Assembly (NCBI RefSeq): GCF_963558545.1 | Contig: NZ_CAUWHO010000008.1 | Coordinates: 503-64,502 of the forward strand | DNA from: an uncultured Tyzzerella sp. | GTDB lineage: Bacteria > Bacillota > Clostridia > Lachnospirales > CAG-274 | DNA: 64,000 bases | Direction: 5' to 3' | Shown here: positions 30,801 through 40,436 of the stretch, one piece after another | Position numbering within the stretch: position 1 is the stretch's first letter | How the letters are laid out: each line of letters starts with the position of its first letter | Made by a program: the position numbers and the translations under genes | The notes under the pieces: model-generated | Database searches by the model: none | Seen by the model: only the letters and a program-made list of their open reading frames with translations | What the model was told of the DNA's origin: nothing

Positions 30801-30827
30801 TAATAATATAGCAATTTTTCTTTTCAT
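27801..30827 (-). CDS. Candidate S-layer / major surface protein with two C-terminal copper-amine-oxidase-N-like wall-binding domains
   Basis: 1008 aa. Signal peptide ending TASA-AQ and no cysteine anywhere. C-terminal STMVPLRFVSVALGV and GRMFVPFRALGQALGVTVDWD domains. AGGAGGAA Shine-Dalgarno, a near-consensus promoter and a strong terminator. Confidence 0.6.
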   Translation of the reverse strand: MKRKIAILLSAMMVTSAMPMTASAAQLKADGVLNTTFAKANETIDAEASKYTSYKTVDELKSRKSVVKVALNNDGTNNIGDKVTFKVELENGTFDENHKERYEYKNSNSLKAVDYTTAMKGASDLKTVYTNIGKTDVNNASVTIGNDKEIDTAPGYEGLRDAIASLKEEDFKLGGGTIEDKATFMAHEKIAPAIANLKKAIIEKETKYVAELAHIPYEIEINNPTTATITVPNLNLSDADKGITMEKSKIVKESNIDIKFKQNSGTELQDSDYTWLNLKNSGTKEIKKVDVTNDAVESNDKIKVENPYVALPLGAVIADGNAPVKAKITSDYNDKVVGGEYTLTSSVQEGDTQLVYSSNNIKSFEDYGKLGPIVIKENVRNTIGTTSSKHDEATLTLRVNGGFRFKTGANASDSVEFFNDKTGEKLTADIKSTGYGFSGNDSVLKVKVSGLGENRALPTGIRIDGLFVEANNSKNFGDVELSVSGDGITSQNKVVAKRAELGFKLETLKDPMEIISGRHYKKDETNMSEKDNTTVEVKFSESIPNTLVESRALDFVVPEGVKIVGAEISKENNFTEKPESSDFEIVENGKVLRLKRDSYQVKQSDANTNILANFVLKLDLSVDPGFKGDIKLGVTGGGQSNVVETVVAKAVVPFEIKTTTTKANIGYQDYNTADIVITEARPGMFLEDRIATLELAAPYGTQELGFSNAKFEISGGELEVKEKEFGAKKGVIEFKINKASYKNPSTITIKDVKVGTTRSVPFGAYDLKLGGAAVINNFNSEVKDDKSFDITSKNENLVNQDNVRTYDFKGYLDVITEPGTFDQVVKVSVGEKTILLGDQAIDMDVAPYIQASSNSTMVPLRFVSVALGVDTANATNADESSKIAFDANTKTTTIYYGAGTGQKIIQFQAGSNIMTVDGTKIPMEFGVKAEIKDGRMFVPFRALGQALGVTVDWDADTRTAIYNKDHGRNAKMTETTTESTTASDTTTETTTESTTASDTTTETTTAKN
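27814..27912. repeat. 42-bp in-frame tandem repeat, 2.35 units
   Basis: 27814-27855 and 27856-27897 differ at one base. A partial third unit runs to 27912. It encodes TETTTESTTASDTT repeats at the C-terminus of the 1008-aa protein. Confidence 0.9.
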
Positions 30828-30891
30828 TTTAAAATTCCTCCTAAATAATTCAAGTTAATAACTAATTTTATTAGTTAACCACTGTGCTTAC

Positions 30892-30920
30892 ATTATAGCA
30901 TTGCAAACTTATCTAGTCAA
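30892..30920 (-). promoter_or_regulatory. Near-consensus extended -10 sigma-A promoter of the S-layer candidate
   Basis: Minus strand TTGACT-N17-TATAAT with TGc immediately upstream of the -10. Confidence 0.65.
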
Positions 30921-31366
30921 TATCATTTAATGAGATGTAACATTATTGTAATATTTGTAATATAATAATGTTTTAAGGTTATACCTAACCCCTATAAAAC
31001 TAATTTTTAAAAATATTAAAACTGTTGTTATATATGTTTTAAATCTTAATTTTTAAATTTAGGTTTTATCTAATTTTTTATTTGTTTGCCTTGCTTGTAT
31101 ATAATATAACACCTATCAAATCTTTTTGCAATAGGTTAAGGCTATTTGTAATTTATGTGTAATATTCGTTATATTTTCGTAATAATTATACATTTAAAAC
31201 TCTAGTATTTATCATATTTTCATTATAATATCCTGTTTTGCCTATCCCCTTAAAATAATATAACGTATAAATATCTTTATAAAAATATTATTTAAAATAT
31301 AATTTTCTTATGTGTATATATCAATAAAATTAAGCAAATTTTCATTTTATTATTAAGTCTAAATCA

Positions 31367-31395
31367 TTGTGTTATTACATTATATATGCTATAAT
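31367..31395 (+). promoter_or_regulatory. Probable promoter of the LRR protein gene
   Basis: TTGTGT-N17-TATAAT with TGc extended -10. Confidence 0.45.
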
Positions 31396-31404
31396 ATTTT
31401 TATG

Positions 31405-31432
31405 TTATAGTTTAAAAATTATAGTTTAAAAA
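31405..31432 (+). repeat. Perfect 14-bp tandem duplication in the 5' UTR
   Basis: ttatagtttaaaaa repeated twice, head to tail, between the -10 and the Shine-Dalgarno. Confidence 0.9.
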
Positions 31433-31466
31433 CTTTAATTAATATAAAAACAAACGAGGTGTTAAT

Positions 31467-33575
31467 ATGAAAAAATATGTCGCTTTGGCTTTATGTATAG
31501 CCTTTAGCTTTCCTTATTCTTTATCTGTATTTGCTACCCCTTTAAATATAAATCTACCTATAAAGCATACAGAATCAAAAAAAGAAAATAGCTTTATTAT
31601 AAATGGTATAACATATAGCATTACACAATCTCCAAAAGAAACATTAAAAGGATATGTTTCTATAATTAGTGGTAAAAACTTTAAAGAAAAAGAGCTTGTT
31701 ATACCACAAAATGTTGTTTATCAAGGTAAAAATTATTATGTAGATAATATAGAGCCTTCTGCCTTTTATCAAAATAACTTTATAGAAAAAGTTACTATAC
31801 CTAATACTATTAAAAATATCGGTTCTCACGCTTTTACAGATTGCCAAAACCTTAAAGAAATAAAAGTTATACCAGGTGCCAATAAATATGCAACAATAAA
31901 TGGTGTTCTTTTTAATGTTAACAAAGATACCCTTATTACATACCCTGCAGGCAAACTTGATAAAACATATAATATGCCTTTTGATGTAAAAAAAATACAA
32001 GAAGGTGCTTTTTATAACAATAAAAACTTAGAGCATTTTGTAACAAACTCTAGCTTAGAGGAGATAGGCCCTTATGCTTTTTATAAAACTAAAAAATTAA
32101 AAGAAGTGTCTGGCATAGTTAAGCTAAAAACTTTAGGAGATTATGCTTTTGCAAATTCTTCTATAGAAAATATATCCCTTTCTACATATCTAGAAAAAAT
32201 GGGAAAAGCTACTTTCTATAAAAGTAACATAAAAAAAATAGAAATACCTTATAGAATAAAATCTTTACCAGAGTATTCTTTCTATGGTGCAAAAAATTTA
32301 AAAACTGTTATTTTTAAAGACACTCTCTCTAATATAGAACGTTTTGCCTTTACAGACTCTGGGATTGAGAGCTTCTCTGCTCCAGAAAATCTACTATCTA
32401 TAGATTTTCAAGCCTTTGCAAACTGCAAAAATTTAAAAAATTTAACTTTTAATGCAAAATTACAGTCTATACAAGATGAAGCATTTTTAAATTGCTCATC
32501 TTTAACAAAACTTGACTTTACTAGAGATTTAAAAAATTTAGGTAATAACATTTTTTATGGGTGTAATAATATAGCTAATGTTTCTTCTGATAAAAGCTCA
32601 CATTTTAAAACTTTAGATAATATTTTATTTACAAATGACAAAACAAAGCTTGTTTATGTACCACCTAAAAGAGAAATACCTTATATAAACATACCACAAG
32701 AAACTACATCTATTAAAGGTGATGCTCTAAATATTGCATACTCTATAGATACAATTAATGTTGAAGAAAAAAACGAAAACTTTTCTTCAGAAAACGGTAT
32801 ATTATACAATAAAAATAAAGATGTATTAATTAAGTTTCCACCAAAAAAATCTTTAGTTAATGTTAATGTGCCTTACTCTGTTAAAGAAATAAAACCTTTT
32901 GCATTTGCTAATGCAGAAAACCTATATGGCTTTATTAAATTAGAAAAAAATGTAGAAAAAATAGGTAATAATGCCTTTGATAATACCCCTAAAATAGACG
33001 GCTTTTCAGTTGATAATACAAATAACAACTATTCTTCTTACAATAACATCTTGTTTAATAAAGACCAAACTGTACTTATAAAATACCCTACTGGAAAATC
33101 TTTAAATAGCTTTACTATACCAGATAAAACAAAAACTATAGAAGAACGTGCATTCCAACAAGCTAATATATCTAACCTTACAATTGGAGTTAATGTAGAA
33201 AATATAAAAAATCAAGCCTTTTTAAACTCATCTGTTAGTAACATTACTATAAAAGAAGGTGTAACTAATATTGGCAACGAGGCATTTAAAGGTACTAACA
33301 TACAAAATGTTGTATTACCGTCTACATTAAAAAATATTGGAGATTTAGCTTTTGCTTATTGCAATAATTTAAAAAATGTTCAATTTAATGCTTTACAAAA
33401 TGAGTCTTTTGGATATAATATGTTTATAGGCTCTAATAACTTGCAAAAAATTGTTGTACCTATAAATAGCTATAACAATTATAAATCTTACCTATTAGAT
33501 TCTAATGTTGGTAACTGGCAAAATCTTTTACAAGAATATAAGCCACCTGTACAACAAAATAATAATAAAAAATAA
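31467..33575 (+). CDS. BspA-type leucine-rich-repeat surface protein
   Basis: 702 aa. Signal peptide followed by more than 20 repeats of the pattern AF..C..L..I.IP..V..IG..AF. Confidence 0.85.
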   Translation: MKKYVALALCIAFSFPYSLSVFATPLNINLPIKHTESKKENSFIINGITYSITQSPKETLKGYVSIISGKNFKEKELVIPQNVVYQGKNYYVDNIEPSAFYQNNFIEKVTIPNTIKNIGSHAFTDCQNLKEIKVIPGANKYATINGVLFNVNKDTLITYPAGKLDKTYNMPFDVKKIQEGAFYNNKNLEHFVTNSSLEEIGPYAFYKTKKLKEVSGIVKLKTLGDYAFANSSIENISLSTYLEKMGKATFYKSNIKKIEIPYRIKSLPEYSFYGAKNLKTVIFKDTLSNIERFAFTDSGIESFSAPENLLSIDFQAFANCKNLKNLTFNAKLQSIQDEAFLNCSSLTKLDFTRDLKNLGNNIFYGCNNIANVSSDKSSHFKTLDNILFTNDKTKLVYVPPKREIPYINIPQETTSIKGDALNIAYSIDTINVEEKNENFSSENGILYNKNKDVLIKFPPKKSLVNVNVPYSVKEIKPFAFANAENLYGFIKLEKNVEKIGNNAFDNTPKIDGFSVDNTNNNYSSYNNILFNKDQTVLIKYPTGKSLNSFTIPDKTKTIEERAFQQANISNLTIGVNVENIKNQAFLNSSVSNITIKEGVTNIGNEAFKGTNIQNVVLPSTLKNIGDLAFAYCNNLKNVQFNALQNESFGYNMFIGSNNLQKIVVPINSYNNYKSYLLDSNVGNWQNLLQEYKPPVQQNNNKK

Positions 33576-33595
33576 TAATAAATGAGGTGTACAAT

Positions 33596-33988
33596 ATGTC
33601 TAATGTTTCTACAGATAGCTTTTTAAACGCTATGAAAAATTTATTACAAAATCAAACAGATGAAAATTCTAAAATATTTGAGCAAGAAATTAATAATACA
33701 AAATTTTTATCCCCTGTTGTTATATTAAACAAAAATGCTGATAGTACTTTACAAAATTCTGATGTATCCTTTATACATATCGAGGATTCAGAAAATACTA
33801 AGCTTTTCTTAGCTTTTACAGACTGGGAAAAATTTAATAAATTTAAAAAAGAAAATCCTTTTACAGCTATAGAAGCTACAATTAAAGATTTTCATTATAT
33901 GCTTACTACTATAGATACAGATGCTAAAGGGTTTGTTATTAACATAGGTGATGATGCCTTGTTTATCCCTAAAGAAACTATTATTTAA
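33596..33988 (+). CDS. SseB-like small protein
   Basis: About 130 aa. The LFLAFTDWEKF pattern resembles the SseB N-terminal family. Start set at ATG 33596 after GAGGTG; the track start is a GTG inside the Shine-Dalgarno. Confidence 0.5.
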   Translation: MSNVSTDSFLNAMKNLLQNQTDENSKIFEQEINNTKFLSPVVILNKNADSTLQNSDVSFIHIEDSENTKLFLAFTDWEKFNKFKKENPFTAIEATIKDFHYMLTTIDTDAKGFVINIGDDALFIPKETII

Positions 33989-34001
33989 TTTTTATACAAA
34001 A

Positions 34002-34279
34002 AGAGCCAAGTAACATACTTGGCTCTCAGACTGTAAAAAAAAATAATATTAAAATAAATTTTTTCATTTTTATATCCTATTTATAGGATATAAAAATTTT
34101 AATCACAAGACAAGGCTTTGCCTTGGATTGTGTAAAAGCCAGATTTCTAGGTGCTTTAGCCCTTGTACGAAGAAATCGGCTTTTTTCTTACAGTATCTCA
34201 AAAAAATAAACTTGTTATTTTTTTGAAGAGGTTGTAGACAAAGTCTACAACCTCAAAGCCAAGTACAATACTTGGCTCT
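34002..34279. repeat. 278-bp hairpin-dense element, copy A (inverted relative to copy B), including duplicated flanking terminator hairpins
   Basis: It is the reverse complement of 58781-59058 end to end. The core 34027-34256 differs from core B at 18 positions by hand alignment. Flanking hairpins at 34002-34026 and 34257-34279 are near-identical direct repeats. Confidence 0.9.
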
Positions 34280-34918
34280 TTAATCTTCTATAAAGTCATT
34301 AGAATTAAATTTGTATGCTAATGTCATTAAGCTATCTGTCAAATGTACATTTTCTACTATAACTCCGTCTTTATTTGTCAGCTCTGTATTTGAAAAATTC
34401 CATATCCCTTTTATACCATAAGATACTACATTTTTATATAAATCATAAGCATTAGTACCAGGTACAGCCAAAACAGCTATATCTACAATGTTATCCTTTG
34501 TAAATTGCTCTAGCTCTATTATGTCCTTTACTTCTAAATCTCTTATTTTTGTACCTATAACATCAGAGTTTACATCAAATATACCTATAAAATTAAATCC
34601 TCTTTTTTCAAATTCAACATAGTTTAATAAAGCCTGACCTATCTTACCTGCACCTAATATAACTAAATTGTAGGTTTTATTTAATCCTAGTATTTCTTTT
34701 ATTTCTTCATATAGAAGCTCTACATTGTATCCATACCCTTGTTGTCCAAAACACCCAAAATTATTTAAATCTTGCCTTATTTGTGATGCTGTAACATTCA
34801 TCTTTTGACTTAAATCTTTAGAAGATATCCTTGTTATACCATCATCTAATAAGTTTCCTAAAAATCTGTAATATCTAGGTAAACGTTTAATCACAGCTAA
34901 AGATACTTTTTTGTCCAT
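34280..34918 (-). CDS. rex: Redox-sensing transcriptional repressor Rex
   Basis: AVIKRLPRYYRFL, SSKDLSQKMNVTASQIRQDLNNFG and the Rossmann motif ILGAGKIGQAL. Start set at ATG 34916-34918 after AAGGAG. Confidence 0.92.
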   Translation of the reverse strand: MDKKVSLAVIKRLPRYYRFLGNLLDDGITRISSKDLSQKMNVTASQIRQDLNNFGCFGQQGYGYNVELLYEEIKEILGLNKTYNLVILGAGKIGQALLNYVEFEKRGFNFIGIFDVNSDVIGTKIRDLEVKDIIELEQFTKDNIVDIAVLAVPGTNAYDLYKNVVSYGIKGIWNFSNTELTNKDGVIVENVHLTDSLMTLAYKFNSNDFIED

Positions 34919-35050
34919 TAACACCACTCCTTTAACAATGTTTTAACAAGATTATACAACTTTGTTTTGTTTTTGTCAATGTTTAGTCTTTTAAAAATTA
35001 TTATTTTTTGTTATACTTATTATAAGTAATTTTTTTATAGGAGGCAAAAG

Positions 35051-36940
35051 ATGATTCTTTCTTGTAATAATATTAATAAATCATTTGGTATAACAAATAT
35101 ATTGCATAATATATCTTTTAATATAAATGAAAAAGACAGAGTTGCTTTAGTTGGTGTTAATGGAGCCGGAAAGTCAACTTTATTTAAAATAATAACAGGA
35201 GAAATATCTAAAGATAGTGGCGATATAAATATCCCAAAAAATACTAAAATTGGTTATTTCTCTCAAACACTTAATCTTAATGAAGATAACTCTCTTTTTG
35301 ATGAGCTTTTAACAGTATTTTCTAATATAATAGATATGGAATTTAAACTTAGGGAATTAGAAGAAAAAATGAGCATATCTAAAGATGATGAGCTTGACTT
35401 ATTTATTAAAGAATATGATAAAATATCTACATACCTTGCAGAAAATAACTCTTTTAACTATAATAGCCGTATTAAAGGGGTATTAAAAGGGCTTGGCTTT
35501 GTAGAAGATGATTTTTATAAACAAATAAAGTTTCTTTCTGGTGGTCAAAAAACACGTATTGCTCTTGGTAAAATATTGTTAGAAGAACCAGATATTTTAT
35601 TATTAGATGAGCCTACTAATCACCTTGATATATTATCTATTAACTGGCTAGAAAATTTCTTAAAGGCATATCCTAAAGCCCTATTTATTATATCTCACGA
35701 TAGATATTTTTTAAATAAAATAGTAACTAAAGTTATAGAGCTAGAAAACACTAAAGCAACTATATACAATGGAAACTATAACGACTACTCACAAAAAAAG
35801 CACATAGCTAGAGAAATAATGCTAAAACATTATTTAAACCAACAAAAAGAAATAAAAAAACAAGAAGAAGTTATAAAAAAACTTCGCTCTTATAATAGAG
35901 AAAAATTTATAAAACGTGCTGAAAGCCGTGAAAAGTTTTTGGATAAAATGGAAAAAATAGAAAAACCAGATAACCTACCAGCACAGATGCGTCTTAGCTT
36001 ATCCCCTAAAAAAGAAAGTGGAAACGATGTTTTAATGGTAGAAAATTTATCTAAAAGCTTTAATTTTAACCTGTTTAACAACATTTACTTTGATATAAAA
36101 AAAGGAGAAAAAGTTGCTCTTATAGGTGCTAATGGTATAGGTAAAACTACCCTTATAAAAATGATAATGGGACAAACTTCTATTGATAGTGGCTCTATAA
36201 AGCTTGGCTCAAATGTTGAAATAGGCTACTACGACCAAGAGCAGCAAAACTTAAATTTAGATAAAACTATATTTGATGAAATATCTGATACCTATCCTAA
36301 TTTAAAAAATGAAGAAATAAGAAATGCTCTTGCCGTTTTTGTATTTACAGGGGACGAAGTTTTTAAACAAATATCTACACTAAGTGGTGGAGAAAAAGGA
36401 CGTGTTGCTCTTGCTAAAATTATGCTTTCTAATGCAAATCTTCTTATATTAGACGAACCTACTAACCATCTTGATATGGTATCAAAAGAAATTTTAGAAG
36501 ATGCACTAAAAAACTATACTGGCACTTGCGTATATATATCCCACGATAGATTTTTTATAAATAATACTGCAACAAAAGTTATTGAGCTTACTAAAAATAA
36601 AATGAATGTATATCTTGGAAATTATGATTATTACCTGGAAAAATGTCAACAAAAAGATACTACAACAGAAAATATACAACCTAAAATAATATCCGATAAT
36701 AAAATGGACTGGAAAGCTCAAAAGGAAGCTCAAGCAGAAGCAAGAAAAAAACAAAACGCTATAAAAAAACTAGAAGAGCAAATAGAAATATTAGAAAATA
36801 AAATTAAACAAGCTGATGAACAGTTAACTTTAGAAGAAGTTTATACAAATCCATATAAATCTAAAGAAATCTTTGAAGAAAAAACTAAACTAGAAGACGA
36901 GCTTGTTATATTATACGATGAATGGGAAAATATGGCCTAG
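35051..36940 (+). CDS. ABC-F family ATPase (two ABC domains plus C-terminal coiled coil; Uup/YdiF-like)
   Basis: 629 aa. Two Walker A motifs (GVNGAGKST, GANGIGKTT), two LSGG signatures and no TM domain. Confidence 0.88.
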   Translation: MILSCNNINKSFGITNILHNISFNINEKDRVALVGVNGAGKSTLFKIITGEISKDSGDINIPKNTKIGYFSQTLNLNEDNSLFDELLTVFSNIIDMEFKLRELEEKMSISKDDELDLFIKEYDKISTYLAENNSFNYNSRIKGVLKGLGFVEDDFYKQIKFLSGGQKTRIALGKILLEEPDILLLDEPTNHLDILSINWLENFLKAYPKALFIISHDRYFLNKIVTKVIELENTKATIYNGNYNDYSQKKHIAREIMLKHYLNQQKEIKKQEEVIKKLRSYNREKFIKRAESREKFLDKMEKIEKPDNLPAQMRLSLSPKKESGNDVLMVENLSKSFNFNLFNNIYFDIKKGEKVALIGANGIGKTTLIKMIMGQTSIDSGSIKLGSNVEIGYYDQEQQNLNLDKTIFDEISDTYPNLKNEEIRNALAVFVFTGDEVFKQISTLSGGEKGRVALAKIMLSNANLLILDEPTNHLDMVSKEILEDALKNYTGTCVYISHDRFFINNTATKVIELTKNKMNVYLGNYDYYLEKCQQKDTTTENIQPKIISDNKMDWKAQKEAQAEARKKQNAIKKLEEQIEILENKIKQADEQLTLEEVYTNPYKSKEIFEEKTKLEDELVILYDEWENMA

Positions 36941-36971
36941 TTATATACCTTTTATATTTGTTAAAAATCAA

Positions 36972-37019
36972 TTTTTTTAATACTTTGTATTCAAAAACAG
37001 ATATAGGAATATCTTTTTT
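36972..37019 (+). repeat. Recurrent intergenic motif, copy R3
   Basis: tttttttaatactttgtattcaaaaacagatataggaatatcttttt. Confidence 0.6.
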
Positions 37020-37026
37020 ATATAAA

Positions 37027-37059
37027 TAAAAAATACCCCAATATTGAGGTATTTTTTTA
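37027..37059. terminator. Bidirectional terminator between the ABC-F gene and groEL
   Basis: aaaaaataccccaatattgaggtattttttt, with A-run and T-run flanks. Confidence 0.75.
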
Positions 37060-37070
37060 TTTAACTTTTA

Positions 37071-38702
<1,632 letters not shown>

Positions 38703-38718
38703 CTAAAATATTAAAAAA

Positions 38719-39003
38719 TTATTCTACAATAGCTAATATATCACTTTCTTTAACTATAATGTACTCTTGCCCATCAACTTTAACTTCTGTTCCAGAATAT
38801 TTAGAATAAAGTACCTTATCACCAACTTTTACTTGCATAGGAACAAGCTTTCCGTCAACAGTAGCACCAGGACCTACTGCTAAAATTTCTGCTTCTTGTG
38901 GTTTTTCTTTAGCCCCAGCTGTTAATATTATGCCACCTTTTGTTTTTTCTTCTGCTTCTAAATGTTTTAATACAACTCTATCTGATAATGGTTTGATATT
39001 CAT
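38719..39003 (-). CDS. groES: Co-chaperonin GroES
   Basis: [13 protein letters not shown]... 94 aa. Start moved to ATG 39001-39003 after GGAGGT. Confidence 0.97.
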   Translation of the reverse strand: MNIKPLSDRVVLKHLEAEEKTKGGIILTAGAKEKPQEAEILAVGPGATVDGKLVPMQVKVGDKVLYSKYSGTEVKVDGQEYIIVKESDILAIVE

Positions 39004-39090
39004 ATTTTTACCTCCATAATTATTATGTATAAGCATTATTATATTTATGTTTATATAAATAAATTATACCATATACATATCACTTTTTTA

Positions 39091-39117
39091 TTATCACTCA
39101 TTTAACAAGAGTGCTAA
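39091..39117. promoter_or_regulatory. CIRCE operator (HrcA binding site)
   Basis: TTATCACTC-N9-GAGTGCTAA, one mismatch to TTAGCACTC-N9-GAGTGCTAA. Lies between the promoter and the groES Shine-Dalgarno. Confidence 0.88.
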
Positions 39118-39127
39118 GCATAACTAT

Positions 39128-39156
39128 ATACTAATTTAATATATACTTTTATGCAA
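39128..39156 (-). promoter_or_regulatory. Probable groESL promoter
   Basis: Minus strand TTGCAT-N17-TAGTAT, immediately upstream of CIRCE. Confidence 0.5.
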
Positions 39157-39240
39157 TGTCCATATTAAACTATTTTATCCAATTTTGCTAATTTTATGTA
39201 TTAATATCTTTTATTTTCTTTTGCTTTCTTTTAATATCTT

Positions 39241-40107
39241 TTATTTTGTACCTATCTTCTCACTTCTTGCATAATAAAATAAATATTGTTGTGCATACCC
39301 TGCTAAATGTCCCCACTTTTCTTTTGCAAAGCTATGTATTTGTTTTATAGGTGTATCTTTTTCATCAAAATAAAAGTATTCCATAACACGCTTTACCCAA
39401 ACATCAGTAGGAAAAACATCATTTTTCTTTAATGAAAATAATAATACACAATCTGCTACTTTTGTACCTACACCTTTTATTTTTAAAAGTTCCTCTTTTG
39501 CACTTAAAGACGATATGTTATATAAGTTTTGTAAATTTATGTTGCCATTTTCTAAATTTTCTATTGCATCTAAAATATACTTATCTCTAAATCCTGTTTT
39601 ACAAAGCTTTAATTCTTCTTGAGTTGCTTTTTTTAATTGTTCTATTGTAGGAAAAAGATAATATTCATCACATTTTACACCATATTTTTCTGATATATTT
39701 TTTATAACTTGCTTTATCATAGGTATACGGTTATTTTGTGATATTATAAATGAAATTAAACATTCAAATGGCTCTTGATTTAAAATTCTAATACCTTCTG
39801 CATATTCTATAGCTCTTTTTACAATATCATCATTTTTTAACTGTTCTTTTATTTTATTATAATCTGTGTTTAAATCAAAATAATTTATCCATATTTTTTC
39901 AAATTCATCTATAGTACAAGGATAAAATTCCACTTTGTCTTTAGTTTGCTTTATATTTAAAACTTTACTATTGGCAATTATTATATAATGCATATGCTCT
40001 ATTTTTTCAAATCTAAAGCATTGGCCACATTCCAATATTTCTTCTATATTAAAACTGTCAAAATCTGTCATTATTATTTTTTTATTTTCTTCTTCAATGT
40101 ACTTCAT
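39241..40107 (-). CDS. ogg: 8-oxoguanine DNA glycosylase/AP lyase (Ogg, HhH-GPD family)
   Basis: 288 aa. HhH-GPD region IKGVGTKVADCVLLFSL..FPTDVWVKR contains the catalytic Lys and Asp. Confidence 0.8.
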   Translation of the reverse strand: MKYIEEENKKIIMTDFDSFNIEEILECGQCFRFEKIEHMHYIIIANSKVLNIKQTKDKVEFYPCTIDEFEKIWINYFDLNTDYNKIKEQLKNDDIVKRAIEYAEGIRILNQEPFECLISFIISQNNRIPMIKQVIKNISEKYGVKCDEYYLFPTIEQLKKATQEELKLCKTGFRDKYILDAIENLENGNINLQNLYNISSLSAKEELLKIKGVGTKVADCVLLFSLKKNDVFPTDVWVKRVMEYFYFDEKDTPIKQIHSFAKEKWGHLAGYAQQYLFYYARSEKIGTK

Positions 40108-40165
40108 TTTTTCTCCTTACTTTAACAATATAAATAAAGGTATGCAAAAAATAATAAAATTACTT

Positions 40166-40402
40166 TTATACTGACATTGAGTTGCCGTGTTCTATACCTT
40201 TATCTGTAAGTATTAATCTAACCTTATCCTCTGACATAAATTTTACAATAACTAGCTCATTATCTTCTAAGTATTTTATTGCTTCTGTATATTTTTTTGT
40301 CATAAGTGGAGATTTAGACTCAAATCTATATGTATAAGTATCTCCACCACATAAATAAGATTGATATGCTCTTTCAAAAATAGTTGTTGTTATTTTGTTC
40401 AT
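40166..40402 (-). CDS. Hypothetical 78-aa protein
   Basis: ORF only; no family recognised. Confidence 0.4.
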   Translation of the reverse strand: MNKITTTIFERAYQSYLCGGDTYTYRFESKSPLMTKKYTEAIKYLEDNELVIVKFMSEDKVRLILTDKGIEHGNSMSV

Positions 40403-40436
40403 AATGTACTCCTTATATAATAATATAAACTTTATA

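Noticed and set aside
30828-31466. Invertible promoter (phase-variation switch) between the surface-protein genes.
   Set aside because: I could not find flanking inverted repeats of useful length (15 bp or more). Both promoters face their genes in the present orientation.
34002-34279. Could the hairpin-insert-hairpin arrangement be a minimal CRISPR array?
   Set aside because: There are only two repeat units per locus. The insert is about 228 bp and is itself repeated at the other locus. There are no cas genes in the window and the repeats double as gene terminators. Only the formal analogy of palindrome duplication is retained, as a hypothesis.
34931-34949. Possible Rex operator in the rex / ABC-F divergent promoter region (TTAACAAtgttTTAACAA).
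   Set aside because: The two half-sites are direct rather than inverted. The Rex consensus requires TTGTTAA-N4-TTAACAA-type dyad symmetry.
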